A stretch of 55,350 bases of DNA, counting the filler, from Platydemus manokwari (lineage: Eukaryota), in NCBI GenBank assembly GCA_037951405.1. It is 5 parts of 5 records of this genome, joined end to end, with 100 filler letters (N's around TTAATTAATTAA, not from the genome) between each part and the next. Parts side by side here need not be neighbours in the genome. Positions count along the whole stretch, not along the records: positions 21,005 to 32,707 come from JBBMOY010509997.1; positions 32,808 to 43,953 come from JBBMOY010877755.1; 3 more parts are not named here. One strand, given 5' to 3'. How positions within the stretch are numbered: position 1 is the stretch's first letter; the number at the start of each line of letters is the position of its first letter. Shown one piece after another: positions 25,101 to 38,000 of this stretch. A program made the position numbers and the translations under genes. The notes under the pieces are model-generated. The model ran no database searches. It saw nothing but the letters and a program-made list of their open reading frames with translations, and had not been told where the DNA came from.

Positions 25101-28029
25101 TTTGTTTTAAACCTTTTTTTCTTGGTTAGAGGCCAGGAAAGAGAATTCTCAATATTAAAATTGGGCGAATAATATAAAACAAAGAAACTCTCATAAAAAA
25201 GAATAAGAAAATTTCATTTTGGGATTCTGTATTATTCCATTGTGTTTCAGTTTCATAATTGACACTCACGACAAAATATAGTAATCGATTTATTTCTTTA
25301 TTCTAACTTCAAGAAGGTCCATCGAATATTATTGATGTTTTGTCATATGATTTTACTTTGATCTGTTTGTTGGATTTGTGGGGTTCTCATGAGTTAGCTC
25401 TTATAGTTCTTAAGCTATGTGCGATTTGTTTTCTTTTAAGTTAAACAACGAGGTTTGCTAGTAAATATTTATTTACAAGCATAATAAATTATAAAAGTAA
25501 AAGTTAATTACAAAATCTCAAATAATGACGCGATTTTAACTCGAACTCTTTGATTTTTCAAAAAGATTGGATGATGGTAACCTACCGAGTACAAAAATTT
25601 GTTTTTATTAGGTTTATTAATAGAGTTTTGGAATATTATATGTGGAAGGTCTGAACCCCTTGACTTGCTAAAATCGTTTATGTTAACTTTTAATTCTACA
25701 AAAATACTTTTTCAAACCACGATCAAATAAATTATTTTTTTATTCCATTAGATGTCAATCTATTTTTTGAGTTACTAGTAAATTATTTCTCTCCAATTAA
25801 ATGGTGATTACGTCGAATTTGGCCTTATATTCATACTTGTTTGTGATATTAACTTTATGCCTTTAAATTATATTGTTATTTATTTTTCTAATATTACTCT
25901 TAAATACCAATCATGGTCGTTGTGTTATTTATTATTCACGATCTATATCGACATTTCACTTACTCTTTTGTTCTTCAATTTCTCTATTCTTATTCTGCTT
26001 TCACTCAGCATTTTAATTTTACTGGTCGTTCACCATCGGTCGAGCTATTTACAAATGAGAGAGACATTTGCTCTTGATCATTCCAACATTGTTTTGATCT
26101 TTTTCACAATAATCAATCCATCATGTTAAAGAAAAACATTAAAAAGAAACACAAAAGAAATACGAAATTGTTGCACGATCTCAATAAATCAGTCAACAAA
26201 AGTTAATCTTGCAAATCCTAAAATTCATCCAAAATTTTCATTGGTTCATTTTCAAAATTAAATATGTGTGAAAAATAATTAATGTACGCTTGTTACCAGT
26301 TATCTCATAATTTGTCATTATAAATATAAAATGTGGTACAAAATATTTATCTAATAAACTATAATTGTTAGCTTTCAAATCAGAATTTATTCGCCTAGTG
26401 GACTGGTGTTTAATTTACCTCAATTATTGATTATTCCCCAATCTTTCTGTTTATTTTAAAAATAAACCTTACAGATAATCAAACATAAGATTTAAGAAAA
26501 GTAAAATTCTGTCATAATTCGCGAAAATACAGCACCAATCAGGAAATAGATTTAATTGCATTTTACCAAAATAATAACTGGCATTAATGTCAGAATTAAT
26601 TGACATAATAATTATAGTCATTACAATACGGTGTCGATACTAACGCTTAGACAAAACTCTAAACCAGTATTCATTTATACGTCAATTTCGACCACATATC
26701 ACTCATTTTCGAGACAAAATGTATTGCAGGAATGAATTGTTTTTCCAGTAGAACTATTGGCCAAAGAATAAACCAATAAATGAAATGGCACAAGCAATAT
26801 TTTTTATTTTTTTAAATGATCTCCAAGATGATATCAAATTTGTTTTAATTGGTATATCTCATGTTGGTATTCTGAATTTTTTATTCGAATCAATAAATAA
26901 AACCAACGGGATCGCAGAAAATAAGAATCCATCGATTGAAAGCTGATCACTACATCAATTTAAAATGTGCAGATGATGTTGAAATAAATAAATACATGTG
27001 TGTGTTTGGGTGTGTGTGTATAATTGTAATAGCAAAAAATTGTATAATAGTAAATGAAATCCAGGTAATAAAATGAGATTTAGAAATAAACAGAAATGTT
27101 GATAGAAAATATGTTATAGTTAAAGACAATGATGCAATACTATTACAAAACGACGCAATACATATTTTTTATCGCAAATTTCGAAGATAGCCCATGTTTC
27201 AGATTCCTCTTTATCGTATTATGGTAGAAACTTTCTCAATCTTCCTTTATTTGAGGTTCATATGGCTTTGAACCCCTTCTTGAAAAAATGTCCATGGAAA
27301 TATATTCGTCTCAGATAAAAAAAACTAAATAATTTCTCCTATCTCAAAAACTGTAACTAGTGGTGTCTGAAAAATTTAATTGTTTATGTGTAATGTTGAT
27401 ACTGGCTTCAATACGCCTTCAATCATCTGAAGTTTGACAGTGAATAATTTAGGAAATTAAATTTTAACTTGTGATACTCTTATTTTTGTTTATCGAATTA
27501 TTTTTTTCGGTTTTCCACTTCCTTTTTTAGGATGATTAATATCTGAGTTTATATTTTGGCATTTTGGAAAATTTATTTGTCTATTTTCATTTATTTTTTA
27601 AACTTTGTTGTGAGAATTTTAAAATTTTAATTTAAAGATTTTATAAATTGGTCTTAAATGGTATTAATCTGTTTAAATAATGTAGTTAAATATTTAACTT
27701 TATGCCTCGACTTCCCAATGGTGTGTGCCTATGAAAATAACAGCGGCTTACACTTATAAAATTAAATATTGGTGCACATTTTCAGCTTCTGTCTTCGAAA
27801 TTTCAACATTAATAGTAAAAATTATTACAAAACTAAAACCGTCAAACATTATTATCATAATTAAAATGGTATCGCATTTAATAAATAATTTTTCATAAAT
27901 TTTCAAACCAAAATATCCCATAATTTGTATATTGATATTTCAGAATTATATGATTGGTCGATATATTAAAATTGGTGTGTATACATTGCATATTTATCGT
28001 AAATTTATTATAAAGAATTGTTGTCCATT

Positions 28030-28400
28030 TTCACTAAATCTCAACATCACAGTAAAAATCCGATTGCGGTGGTTAATATTTAGTTTGGAAGATTAAGAAG
28101 ATTTCGTTATTGTCAAAAACCGTTGATTACTTGAGATGTTTTGGCTAATCAGAACATTTCCAAGTTATTTAGGATGACGTGAATGACCGATGAGAAGTTG
28201 AGAGATTCTTGATTATGGACGATAATCCCCTGTTACTGAAATATGCTATCATTCGTAAATTTATTCTTCGAATAAAAAAGAACGAAATATTTCATCATCT
28301 CACTCTAATAGATAAAGTGCTTTAATCAATTCTATTTAACGCCCAGGTGATTTATTACCAAAGATATCATTTAATCAACATTTTGTAATTCTAATGAAAT
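28030..28400 (-). mobile_element. Possible decayed LINE RT N-terminal fragment
   Basis: GNKSPGR*IELIK resembles KSPGPDG..ELIK; the rest is barely alignable. Confidence 0.3.
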
Positions 28401-29512
28401 TTTAGCAATTATGATTGGCATAAAATATATGCTGCTGTAACCCATTTGTCAAAGATATATCGTCAATATCTGTCATTTTATGGCACACCATGTGTCAATT
28501 AGCTAGTTATTATGTACTAACTAAGGTCTATTGTGAATGATTGACCTGCCATTTATAGCTGTTATTGTGGTAAACTTCATTCAAAAGTAAATTTCCAAGT
28601 ATTAATCTCAAATCAGCTTGAATTTTCTTATGGATATTTCATATGAAATAAAATGATCAATAGTATCAATAAGAAATTGACAATATAAAATTACGTAACA
28701 GTTCTAATATCATTGAATCTATTGATATAAATTTATCGCAATAATCATCTAATTAAAAAGTAGATTTAACTCCCAAAGATTTTCAATTAATTCAAAATTG
28801 TTTTACACAAGTTGCCAAAATACATAATCCCGATTTTCATTTCTCAAGCCACATTCGATAATTATTCATGATAATATTTATGGTTTGCCCTTTAGTTTCA
28901 CAATGAATAAAACTAAAATATTTTTTAGTATTGCATAAAAACCAATGGTATTGATTTTAATGAGGATATTAAAATCGATTATCGTATTAATTTTTAAATC
29001 AAATTTAGATCGAAACATAAGGCATAGTGAAAAATTTTCAGTTCATCAAAGAAAGAAGAAATCAATTGCAGACTCATGTCAATTCTAGAAAAAAATAAGG
29101 GATTTATGGTGAGCTTTCTAAAGGCTGATAATTTCATGAAACACACAGTATTGGTGTTCGACAAAGCAATAATTACCTCAACGTTGTGAATTTTTAATGG
29201 CCAGGATATATATATATATGTGTGTGTGTGTGTTAACATTGCATAATATCACATGACAAAAATAATACAACCTTTCAAAAAACATGCACTACCGTACTTA
29301 AATTAATACGTCGAAGACTGTTAGCCATATCTGCTTTAATGAATCCATTTTATACTTTATATCGAGATATTAAATCTATTTAATAACTAAATGGCTTGCT
29401 CAATTAATTCTTTAGAATGCAGTCATAAAGAATTATTATCAATAATAAAATATCAAGGAAATTATTAAAAAAAATACTAGCAATATAATTTAATAGTTGT
29501 TACTCCGAATTA

Positions 29513-30661
29513 TTAGTAACTCTTATTTTCTTTTTTCCTTACGCATTCACTTTTATATTCAGCATTGATTGAATCGCACTTATTTTTATAACCCATTTGT
29601 TTTTCGTCACATTCTGCAGTAAACTGAGTGTATCTTACTCCACATTCAACTGTGTCTTTTCCCTTACATTCTTGATCAATATCTTTGAATCCATCGGTAC
29701 AGAATTTGGTGACTTTGGAAGCGTCTGCATCACAAATTGCCAATGCTGGTACCAATTGTTTCAAACAACGGTCAGATTCTGGTCCTGTTGACGGTACGGT
29801 TGGTGCTCCAGTACATTCTTTTTTATGCCTTTTGTATATTGGTTTACACTTCTTTGTGTACGCTTGTCGTCTATCTTTACATCCTTTTTCAAATTGCAAA
29901 GTTTTTAATCCACATTCAATCGTATCTCTTTCTTTACACAATGTTTCAATTTTTCCAAGTCCTTCAGTACATTCTTTGTCGATCGTTGCTATTTCTGCGT
30001 CACACTTATTGATTTCAGGAAGCAGTTGTTTCATACATAAATCTGATTCTGGTCCTTTAGCCGGAGCGGACTTTGGTCCTCTAGAACACTCATGGCTAAA
30101 ACTTGCATATATTGGCCCACATTTTGATTTATATACTTCTCTTAACTCTTTACATTTAAATGTAAATTGATTGTATCTCAGTCCACACTCTACTGTATCC
30201 TCTCCATTACATTCTTTATCAATTTTCTTGAAACCTTTGTTACAATATTTATCGATTTCAGCAATTTCAGAATCACAAGTTGCCATTTGAGATACCAAGA
30301 CTCTTAAACATCGATCTGACTCCGGACCACTTTTTGGTTTAACAGGTGGACCAGTACATTCTTTGTTATGTGCAGCATAAAGAGGTTTACATCGATAATT
30401 GTAAGCTTTTCTTTTGTCTTGACAACGTTTTTCTAATTGTAAATATCTCAATCCACATTTAATCGTGTTTTTCCCTTTACATTCGACATCGATGTTGGCG
30501 ATTCCTTCATTACATCTTTTTTCAATACCACCAATATTTCTATCACATCTGTTAATTCGTGGAAGTAAATATTTCAAACATCGATCTGAATCGGGTCCAA
30601 GACCTTGTGAATTTACAACATTGATAACCAGATATAGAATTAAAAACAGAAAAATCTTCAT
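29513..30661 (-). CDS. Secreted 382-aa Cys-rich protein with four 90-91 aa repeats (8 Cys each; Cx10Cx10Cx10Cx7Cx10Cx10Cx10C)
   Basis: Long single-exon ORF. The true start is ATG 30661 (MKIFLFLILYLVINVVNS-QG signal peptide); the track's 30694 start is TTG. TATAAATA at 30706-30713. Each repeat begins GP(D/E)SD(R/L)C. Confidence 0.92.
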   Translation of the reverse strand: MKIFLFLILYLVINVVNSQGLGPDSDRCLKYLLPRINRCDRNIGGIEKRCNEGIANIDVECKGKNTIKCGLRYLQLEKRCQDKRKAYNYRCKPLYAAHNKECTGPPVKPKSGPESDRCLRVLVSQMATCDSEIAEIDKYCNKGFKKIDKECNGEDTVECGLRYNQFTFKCKELREVYKSKCGPIYASFSHECSRGPKSAPAKGPESDLCMKQLLPEINKCDAEIATIDKECTEGLGKIETLCKERDTIECGLKTLQFEKGCKDRRQAYTKKCKPIYKRHKKECTGAPTVPSTGPESDRCLKQLVPALAICDADASKVTKFCTDGFKDIDQECKGKDTVECGVRYTQFTAECDEKQMGYKNKCDSINAEYKSECVRKKENKSY

Positions 30662-30682
30662 ATCGTCCCCACGATTAGCTAA

Positions 30683-30740
30683 TGGATTTATCAAGTATAT
30701 TGATATATTTATAATATGGTTGAAACAGGTGTTTCAAAGG
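30683..30740 (-). promoter_or_regulatory. Core promoter of the Cys-repeat gene: TATA box with adjacent palindrome containing an E-box
   Basis: TATAAATA 30706-30713; CCATT about 30 nt downstream; TTGAAAC-AGGT-GTTTCAA (30720-30737) contains CACCTG. Confidence 0.5.
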
Positions 30741-31639
30741 AAATTCGCACGGGCTCTTCATTAAAGTTTTTACACAAATCCAATACTTAAATTTAGTAAT
30801 TAACTTTAGCCATTACGCCATTTTAAAGGAGAATGTTTTTCTCAGATCAATTCGAGGTGATTTGGCCAATTGATTTATAAAAGTAAGCCCCATTTATATG
30901 AAATATTTATCAGACAGTTCTTATCAAGTGAGCCGTTTTTTAGTCAAACTTCTTGAGTTAGTTACAACCAATAAACAGATGTTAAAATATGGTTTATGCA
31001 AATTGAATTGTATTTATACATTCACTATCGTATCTACAATTCAAATCAAATATTTAAAATCTCTTATCTAGAGATGTTGCTTTCGTGTTTCAATACTTGC
31101 GACGGTATATCTAAAATTTTGAATTATTTATTTCCATGTGAACATTGGTAGCGATTCTAACTTTTAAAAAAATTTGTTTATTTTTTGAAATTTCATTTCT
31201 TGTTTCATTAATTTGGGTTTCCAACCCAAATATCTGATATCATTTCTTCAAATCAAATAATACAAGTAATGAATCAATAGCCTATAATTTAAAATTATTA
31301 TATTGTTATTATTATTATTATTATCATTATTATTATCTCCTTTATTTATTATAATTTTATTTAATTTATTATAATTTTGATTATTTTATTATATTTTATC
31401 AATTTAATTTGCTATAGGTATGACAAAATCTGAATTTTCTAACAATTTGTGGTCAGCAGATAACAACTCAGAAAATCCAAGTAAGTTGCACCAGAACATC
31501 AAGCAGAATAAAATGACAATCGACATAAAGCATAAAATAAATTTTATTTTCTTCTGATATAACTGAAATCGACAAATTTTGTGACAAAGGGTACAAATAT
31601 ATATATATATTGAACAAGATATACAAAACAAAATTCCTT

Positions 31640-32520
31640 CAATTTAACATCCTCACTTATTTTGAAAAATTTATCACCCACACCAATATTATTTTTTTGC
31701 TACTATAATATTCATAAAAACAATACCAATTTATGGGATATAATTTATGATTTAGTTTAAAACATTTTTCATATTTTTTGGCAGAGTATCATTAAAAATC
31801 ATAGTTCCCGCTGAATAACAATTAATATTGCTTCCTTTTTTCTCTAAATGCACATATCTTTATTTATCCCATTTCTCATTAGTAACACAGAAATTAATTC
31901 TTTTCCTTAAATCTTTAATAGTTTCTGTCAAATTTTTGAAATCTTCACTATTTGAAGTAAGAGGTTTTAGGTGATTTTATAACTTTTCTTCTAATTGTTC
32001 TCCGGATTGAACACGAAAGCTTGTTTTCATGTTCTCTGTAGATTCTGTTTCCAAATTTCCTTATGAATTTCAAATGTTTAAATTTTTCAGACATTGAATT
32101 TGTTTTCATTTTGTTAATTTTTTTATTATCATATATCATTATAATTATCGATTTACATAATAAATCAAATTTATCAATTTTTTCCTTTGCTATTTTTAAT
32201 TAATTCAGATATTTTACTTGATATGGAAATAATAATTCTAAACTTTCTAGTATTTTTACCAATTACATTTTTAAAATACTTTTTAACTCATTCGATACTT
32301 TTTCAATATGTTACTTATTTACAGCATCAGTTTCATTCTCTGGAGTTCTGAAGTCTGTTATTTTAAAATTATTTAATCCTGTGTTTTATTTCATATAATC
32401 TCCATCTTTGTTAATATATTTTCTATCATAAGTTCTTTCTTTAGCATTAATCATTTCTTGAACATCTCTCATATTATTTACTAAACTTTTTACTAAACTA
32501 AATTTATGAACTGCTGACAT
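31640..32520 (-). pseudogene. Decayed intronless ORF, possibly Polinton/Maverick- or virus-derived
   Basis: ATG 32520: MSAVHKFSLVKSLVNNMRDVQEMINAKERTYDRKYINKDGDYMK*NTGLNNFKITDFRTPENETDAVK*. KITD..TP....DAV resembles the kI.nl..P....DavnK motif. Coding-like composition continues with stops. Confidence 0.3.
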
Positions 32521-32629
32521 TTTTGAATGGAAATTTTAAAACTGGTGAAAAGACTTTTTTAATAAAAGAAATTTAATTTGAAGAAACTGAGTTCATTGTA
32601 CATATGGTCAATAATATTAGGTGTATTAG

Positions 32630-32707
32630 TATGGACATGCGGCCTGGCGTTATCATGTAGTAAAATTACTTTATCATGTCTGTCAGCCCATTCTGACCTT
32701 TTCTCTT
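32630..32707 (-). mobile_element. Mariner (DD34D) transposase fragment, cut by gap
   Basis: Minus frame EKRSEWADRHDKVILLHDNARPHV contains the canonical mariner LLHDNARPH motif. Confidence 0.85.
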
Positions 32708-34960
32708 NNNNNNNNNNNNNNNNNNNNNNNNNNNNNNNNNNNNNNNNNNNNTTAATTAATTAANNNNNNNNNNNNNNNNNNNNNNNNNNNNNNNNNNNNN
32801 NNNNNNNTATTTGGATTTAAAATATATTGATTGTGTCTTGACTTTTATTGTTTTATTTTAGTGTGTGGTTTTTAAAATAGTAGCAGCTAACATTACTTAA
32901 ATTGTTTTCAATATCAGAATCTCTTCTTCTATGTGAATGTTCACTTCTGCATTAACTTTATTGATTTACCCTTAATGAGATATATTGAGCTGGGATTATG
33001 TCGTTATCTTCTAGTATATTGAGAACTGAGATTGTTGTTTCATGGAATTAAGAAAAGAATTTAATTTATCTTTCCGGAAAAAACATTTCAAGGGATTATA
33101 AAGTAATGACAGAAAAATAAAATTTATCCTTATGATTTTATACATCAATCGAAATATAAAATGAAACAAGTCTACCACCAATCGAACGTTCTCATTCTCG
33201 CATTAATAAAACAATTATCCTAACTAGGTTCAAAAAAGTTTTAATTTTAGAGGTTAACTTAGAAAATTCATACGGGTGTAAACAATTAACAAAATATTTT
33301 CCATTATCTCAATCAAAAAATAAAAGTAATAATAAAAGTTCTGAATTTCAAAATTGATTAGATTATCAAACACTTGATTATTATCGATTTCTGAAAATTG
33401 ATTCTTTGGTATATCAAATGGCATTTTATTATTTTATTTTTATACAAGAGAAAAGAGTGAGTTGAATTTAGATGTTTTGGCAAAATGAATAAATATAAAT
33501 AAATTTATAAAATATAAAGATTAAGAAATTATTAATAGAGATAATTTATTTAACAAATATTTTGGTTTTTTTGTTTTCTTTTTGGATTGCACGTGATTTT
33601 AAACGTTTGACTGGTCCTGAAGGGGCTTCAACAACCGGTATTGAAGATCAAGCTGTTCGAAATGAGTTTAATATTAATTTAAGACTGTAGCACAGAGGAT
33701 ACTGATTCACTCTTGGCCTGAAATGATAATATGTGGTTAAGAAAACCTCTTCCAGTAGTTAGTAAATAGGATGACAAATAATTAATCGCAATGTATGAAC
33801 TGCTAATTCTTAGTCAGACTCTAGTTGATTGAGCAACAAAACGCAATTGTGGATTCTAAAAATCTTTTATCTAAGAAAAATGAATTGGAACAATTAATAT
33901 CAAAAAGAACACAAAAGTTTTAAATAATACCCCGTACCTCGCCTCAGCGATTAACAGGTAGTCCGTGCAACGGATGAAGATATTAAATAATGCGGAGAGA
34001 GTTACTATCGTTAATACTTCAGATAAAATTAACTGTAATATTATGATTAATTATCAATGGTTATAAATGAACTAAAGATTAAAGGGAATTTAATTTATAA
34101 ATTATTACTAATAGGCACAATAATTATTTTAAGTGAGCAATAAGTAATGAAAAATCAGAAGTTAAGTAATTCTTACTCTTATCTGTGAAATGGAAAATAT
34201 CTCCAAGAAAAACTCCAAATGCTGATATATGTCCTCGTTGTTAAATCTCCCGCAGTTAATATCCATCGTCGGGCTAAGAAAATTCCTTTCTTCAAGATGC
34301 TTCTTCAAATACTCCTTTCGATAAATTGAAATAATTCTTCTGAATTGAAATGATTCTTCTGATTTCCCAAAGTAGCTGATTGTTATTGTGTGATGTTCTA
34401 GGACCAGCGTCGCTATTTATACGCGCCTGGTCATGTCCATTTTTCTCTCACGACTTTTCATGCCGATTATTATCACCTAGCTTCCTGTTTAATTTTATTT
34501 TGTCTGATTTTCCTCACCAATTGTTCATGTTAAATTTTATTTCGGTTAATTTTTCTCATCAATATTTCAACTAAATAATTTACCGCTTTTACCTCATTTA
34601 ATCTTATATCTATTTTAATTTATTTTTCTTATATTTAACTTTCCTTCTTTTTAACTTTATTATTTATTATCAATTTTGTTATTTATTATTTTGTTTATCA
34701 TTAATTTTATTATTGATTATTTATTTAACTATCATAACCTCTCCTCACCATTTCTTGACATAATAAAATAAATAAAACACTCAATAATAATAATTCAACT
34801 CAATAATAACAATTCAATACCCCAAAAGAAACGTTGTTGCATAATGTAGGGGCATTTATATTATATCTTAAACGGTATTGTGTTTGGCTTCTGTGCTTTT
34901 GGTTTTGAACTACATTGCTATTATTTTGGACTACATAACTATTATTGTGTTATGTTGTTT

Positions 34961-35045
34961 TGTATATGTACATTTGTAGGATGATTTGTAGGGGTGCCAT
35001 GCATGTATATGTACATTTTTAGGGTGAATTGTGGGGGTGCCATGC
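34961..35045 (+). repeat. Tandem duplication of about 43 bp (x2)
   Basis: TGTATATGTACATTT.TAGG.TGA.TTGT.GGG(G)TGCCATGC twice. Confidence 0.7.
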
Positions 35046-38000
35046 CCGACAAATTAATAAAAATAATAAGATCACATAACGATAAAGGGTACAAAATATT
35101 TGCATAATCCAAAATCAATCAGATGATTAATTAAAGAGATGATTATATCTGATGATTTGATAAATCAGTCAATGAGACTAACAAATAAATCATGACTATT
35201 TGTGATGATAGACATATATGTATGGTTGAAGAATAAATATAAACTCTTCCATATCAGTGACAAATTGTATTGAGAGTTCAATTCGATTTATTTGTCCTGT
35301 GGGTGTATTATTGATATTTGAATTTAGTGTTCAGATTATTTTATTTTTGAAATTAAGGTATTCCAATATCAATCCAAATCGAATATCACTTAAAAGAGTT
35401 ATTATTATCATTATTTGCTGATATCTTCATTTCTCGATATTTACATTTCAATGCCGACTTGTTGCAATCATAGAAGACAAAATCACAAGATAAATGTCAA
35501 ATTCACATTTAGATATTAGTTGATATTTAATTGATGATAAGCGAGACCGGAGCAATCATTTTTTTTTAATTTTATCATAATCAGTGTTTATTGGAGATCC
35601 TAAAGACACCTTCAAAACTTTGGTTATCAACATAGTATTGTTGACCATCTATTTGCGACACTGATACATTTAAAACCAAGGTGTCAAAGAATTTTTATGA
35701 AATCTGAGTAAAATTGTGTAAAATGAAATTATAAAAACCAACTTTTTAAAATTAGGTCAATGGACTCATTTTCTCTATATAATGTCTAATCTAAGAATCT
35801 GAACAAAGGCTGAGTTACCGTGATTTGTGATATAAATCTAAAATTTATTTGTGATTAATGCAGTGAATGTTAACGGTATCCAAATCGCAAAGATCAGTCA
35901 ATAAGCCACCGGAATTTTGTTAAAACAGTCTTTTTATTTTATCATTTATCCCATCCATTCATCCAACAAGATATGTGCACAGTCAGTGTCTCTCTAAACA
36001 AAGGACCTTTCGCAGGCTGGTTCATATATCTTATCCATTTTAGACAATAGTTAATAACAGTTCAGTAAAATTCTGTCAATTGATAATATTGTGTTATCGA
36101 GGACATCAAAATCCAAATCGGTTTTTGTTTCATTGACCCATGCTGTACTCACCCACATCCTTGCTGTTTATCTACCAGAACAATAGAAATACAAAATACA
36201 ACAAATTCAAACATTATACGCATTTTATTATACATAACATTCGTGAATATATTTCAGTAGGAGTGAGTCAATTAAGTTACCACACAAGTGAACATTCACA
36301 GAAAGAAGTGATCTGATATTGAAAAGAGTTTAAGCAATATCAGAGAATAGTCATTGAGATAAAGAGTAAAAATAATTAAGGTAATCACACATCTTTCGCA
36401 ATATTAACCGAAAATTGTATGCCATCGAACGAGTATTTTAGATTTATAACAAAATTTTAAATCAAAACAACCAAAAAATATATAACCATAGTAACCAAAT
36501 ATTTAGAACACTGAGAGACTTTATATCCAATTTGTATTCCAAAAAACACAAAATGTTTTTCCTCTCATTACAATGGGTGTCGTGCAACTTGTTTCCTGAA
36601 TTAGCACTATTGTTAAATATTTATTTCGGTTTGCTTATTTAATTAAACGGTAAAAATATCTCAAATCAATAATATTTTTCATATCCATATTACCAATAAT
36701 ATAAATTTATGAAATTTCCCCAGTTCTATAAATTAAAGAATTTCTAATCGACAGGAATGATAAATCACCTATCTAGTAGGGGAGTACTGAATAATTAAAC
36801 GACAAATTAACTTTTGAAACATGCAATTTTTAAAATATTAAAATCCATATATTACAATATCATGATTATTAAAAATCACCTTGACAACATCATAATGAAA
36901 ACATATTAGATTATAATCGTAAACATATTAAATTTCAAAATTATATTAAACAGGAATTTATTTCTCTGAACTTTACTTTTCATTACTTATTCAAAACAAT
37001 TATTGATCGATTTGTTTATTTGATTTTTCATTATTTATTTATTACAATTAATGATGAATTTGTTTATTCGAATCAATTTAGATTATGTTACACATTCAAC
37101 CTCTTCTTAATATAAATGAGCTAGGCAATAAAATCAAATGTTGATACAATTTGGAACAATTGATTTTCGATTATGGCGAAATTGTTTGTGAAATTTCGTA
37201 GATATAAAATTATGCTATCAGAATTGTGTAGATAAAAATTGTGCGATAACTGACTGTTGTCGTTCGTTTTTATACTGCTTGTACGCATGATTAAGCAAAT
37301 TACCTAAATTTGTTAGTATTCTTAGCAACGTTTACGTCAGTGCAAAATTTAGTAACAACCCACAATTTTAGTTTATAACTTCTTTAAATTTGAGAAATCT
37401 ATTTTTAAAACTGACGTATTTACTAAAAATAGTTTTTGATGAAATTTTTCGTGAACTCGAAGTCAGACAAAAAATTTAAATTTTTATAGCACTAAAAAAG
37501 ACTATTCATTTTAAAATTTTATTACAATTTTTATAATTTATGTTCTATCTTTTAAAAATAAATTTTCATATTAGTATTTGTGATCATTTGATCATGTGAT
37601 TGGGTCGACATGGCCCAAATGGCTCCCCGTAATACATAAAGGATTTAATAAGTGCCTTTTCTATAAATTTTGTTTCTTTCAATAAGAATTGAAACTAATT
37701 TTTGTCAGCGATCTTTCTAATTTTACTGCTGCTTATATAATATTTTTCCTATGCAGATTATGAATAAACAAATTTTTATTATATATTTTTCACCATTGGA
37801 TTTTAAAATTATTTTTGTTTTCCTATTCTGATAATCATAAATTAATTATATTTACAATTTTTTCCTACATTGATTTATAATTTTATATATTATTATCGCT
37901 TTCAAGAACTTATTTAAAATAATCTTTAATATTATAATTTTTTTTATTCCAAATTTTTATATTTTTTAACAATTCAAAAATAACATTGCAATAAGATATT

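Noticed and set aside
29597-30764. Plus-strand ORFs overlapping the Cys-repeat gene (64-161 aa)
   Set aside because: Antisense shadows of a repetitive coding sequence with no independent signals.
33925-34760. LTR-like tract (minus TGTCAAG start, TATAAATAG)
   Set aside because: Could not find a matching CA end with TSD or a primer-binding site; left unannotated.
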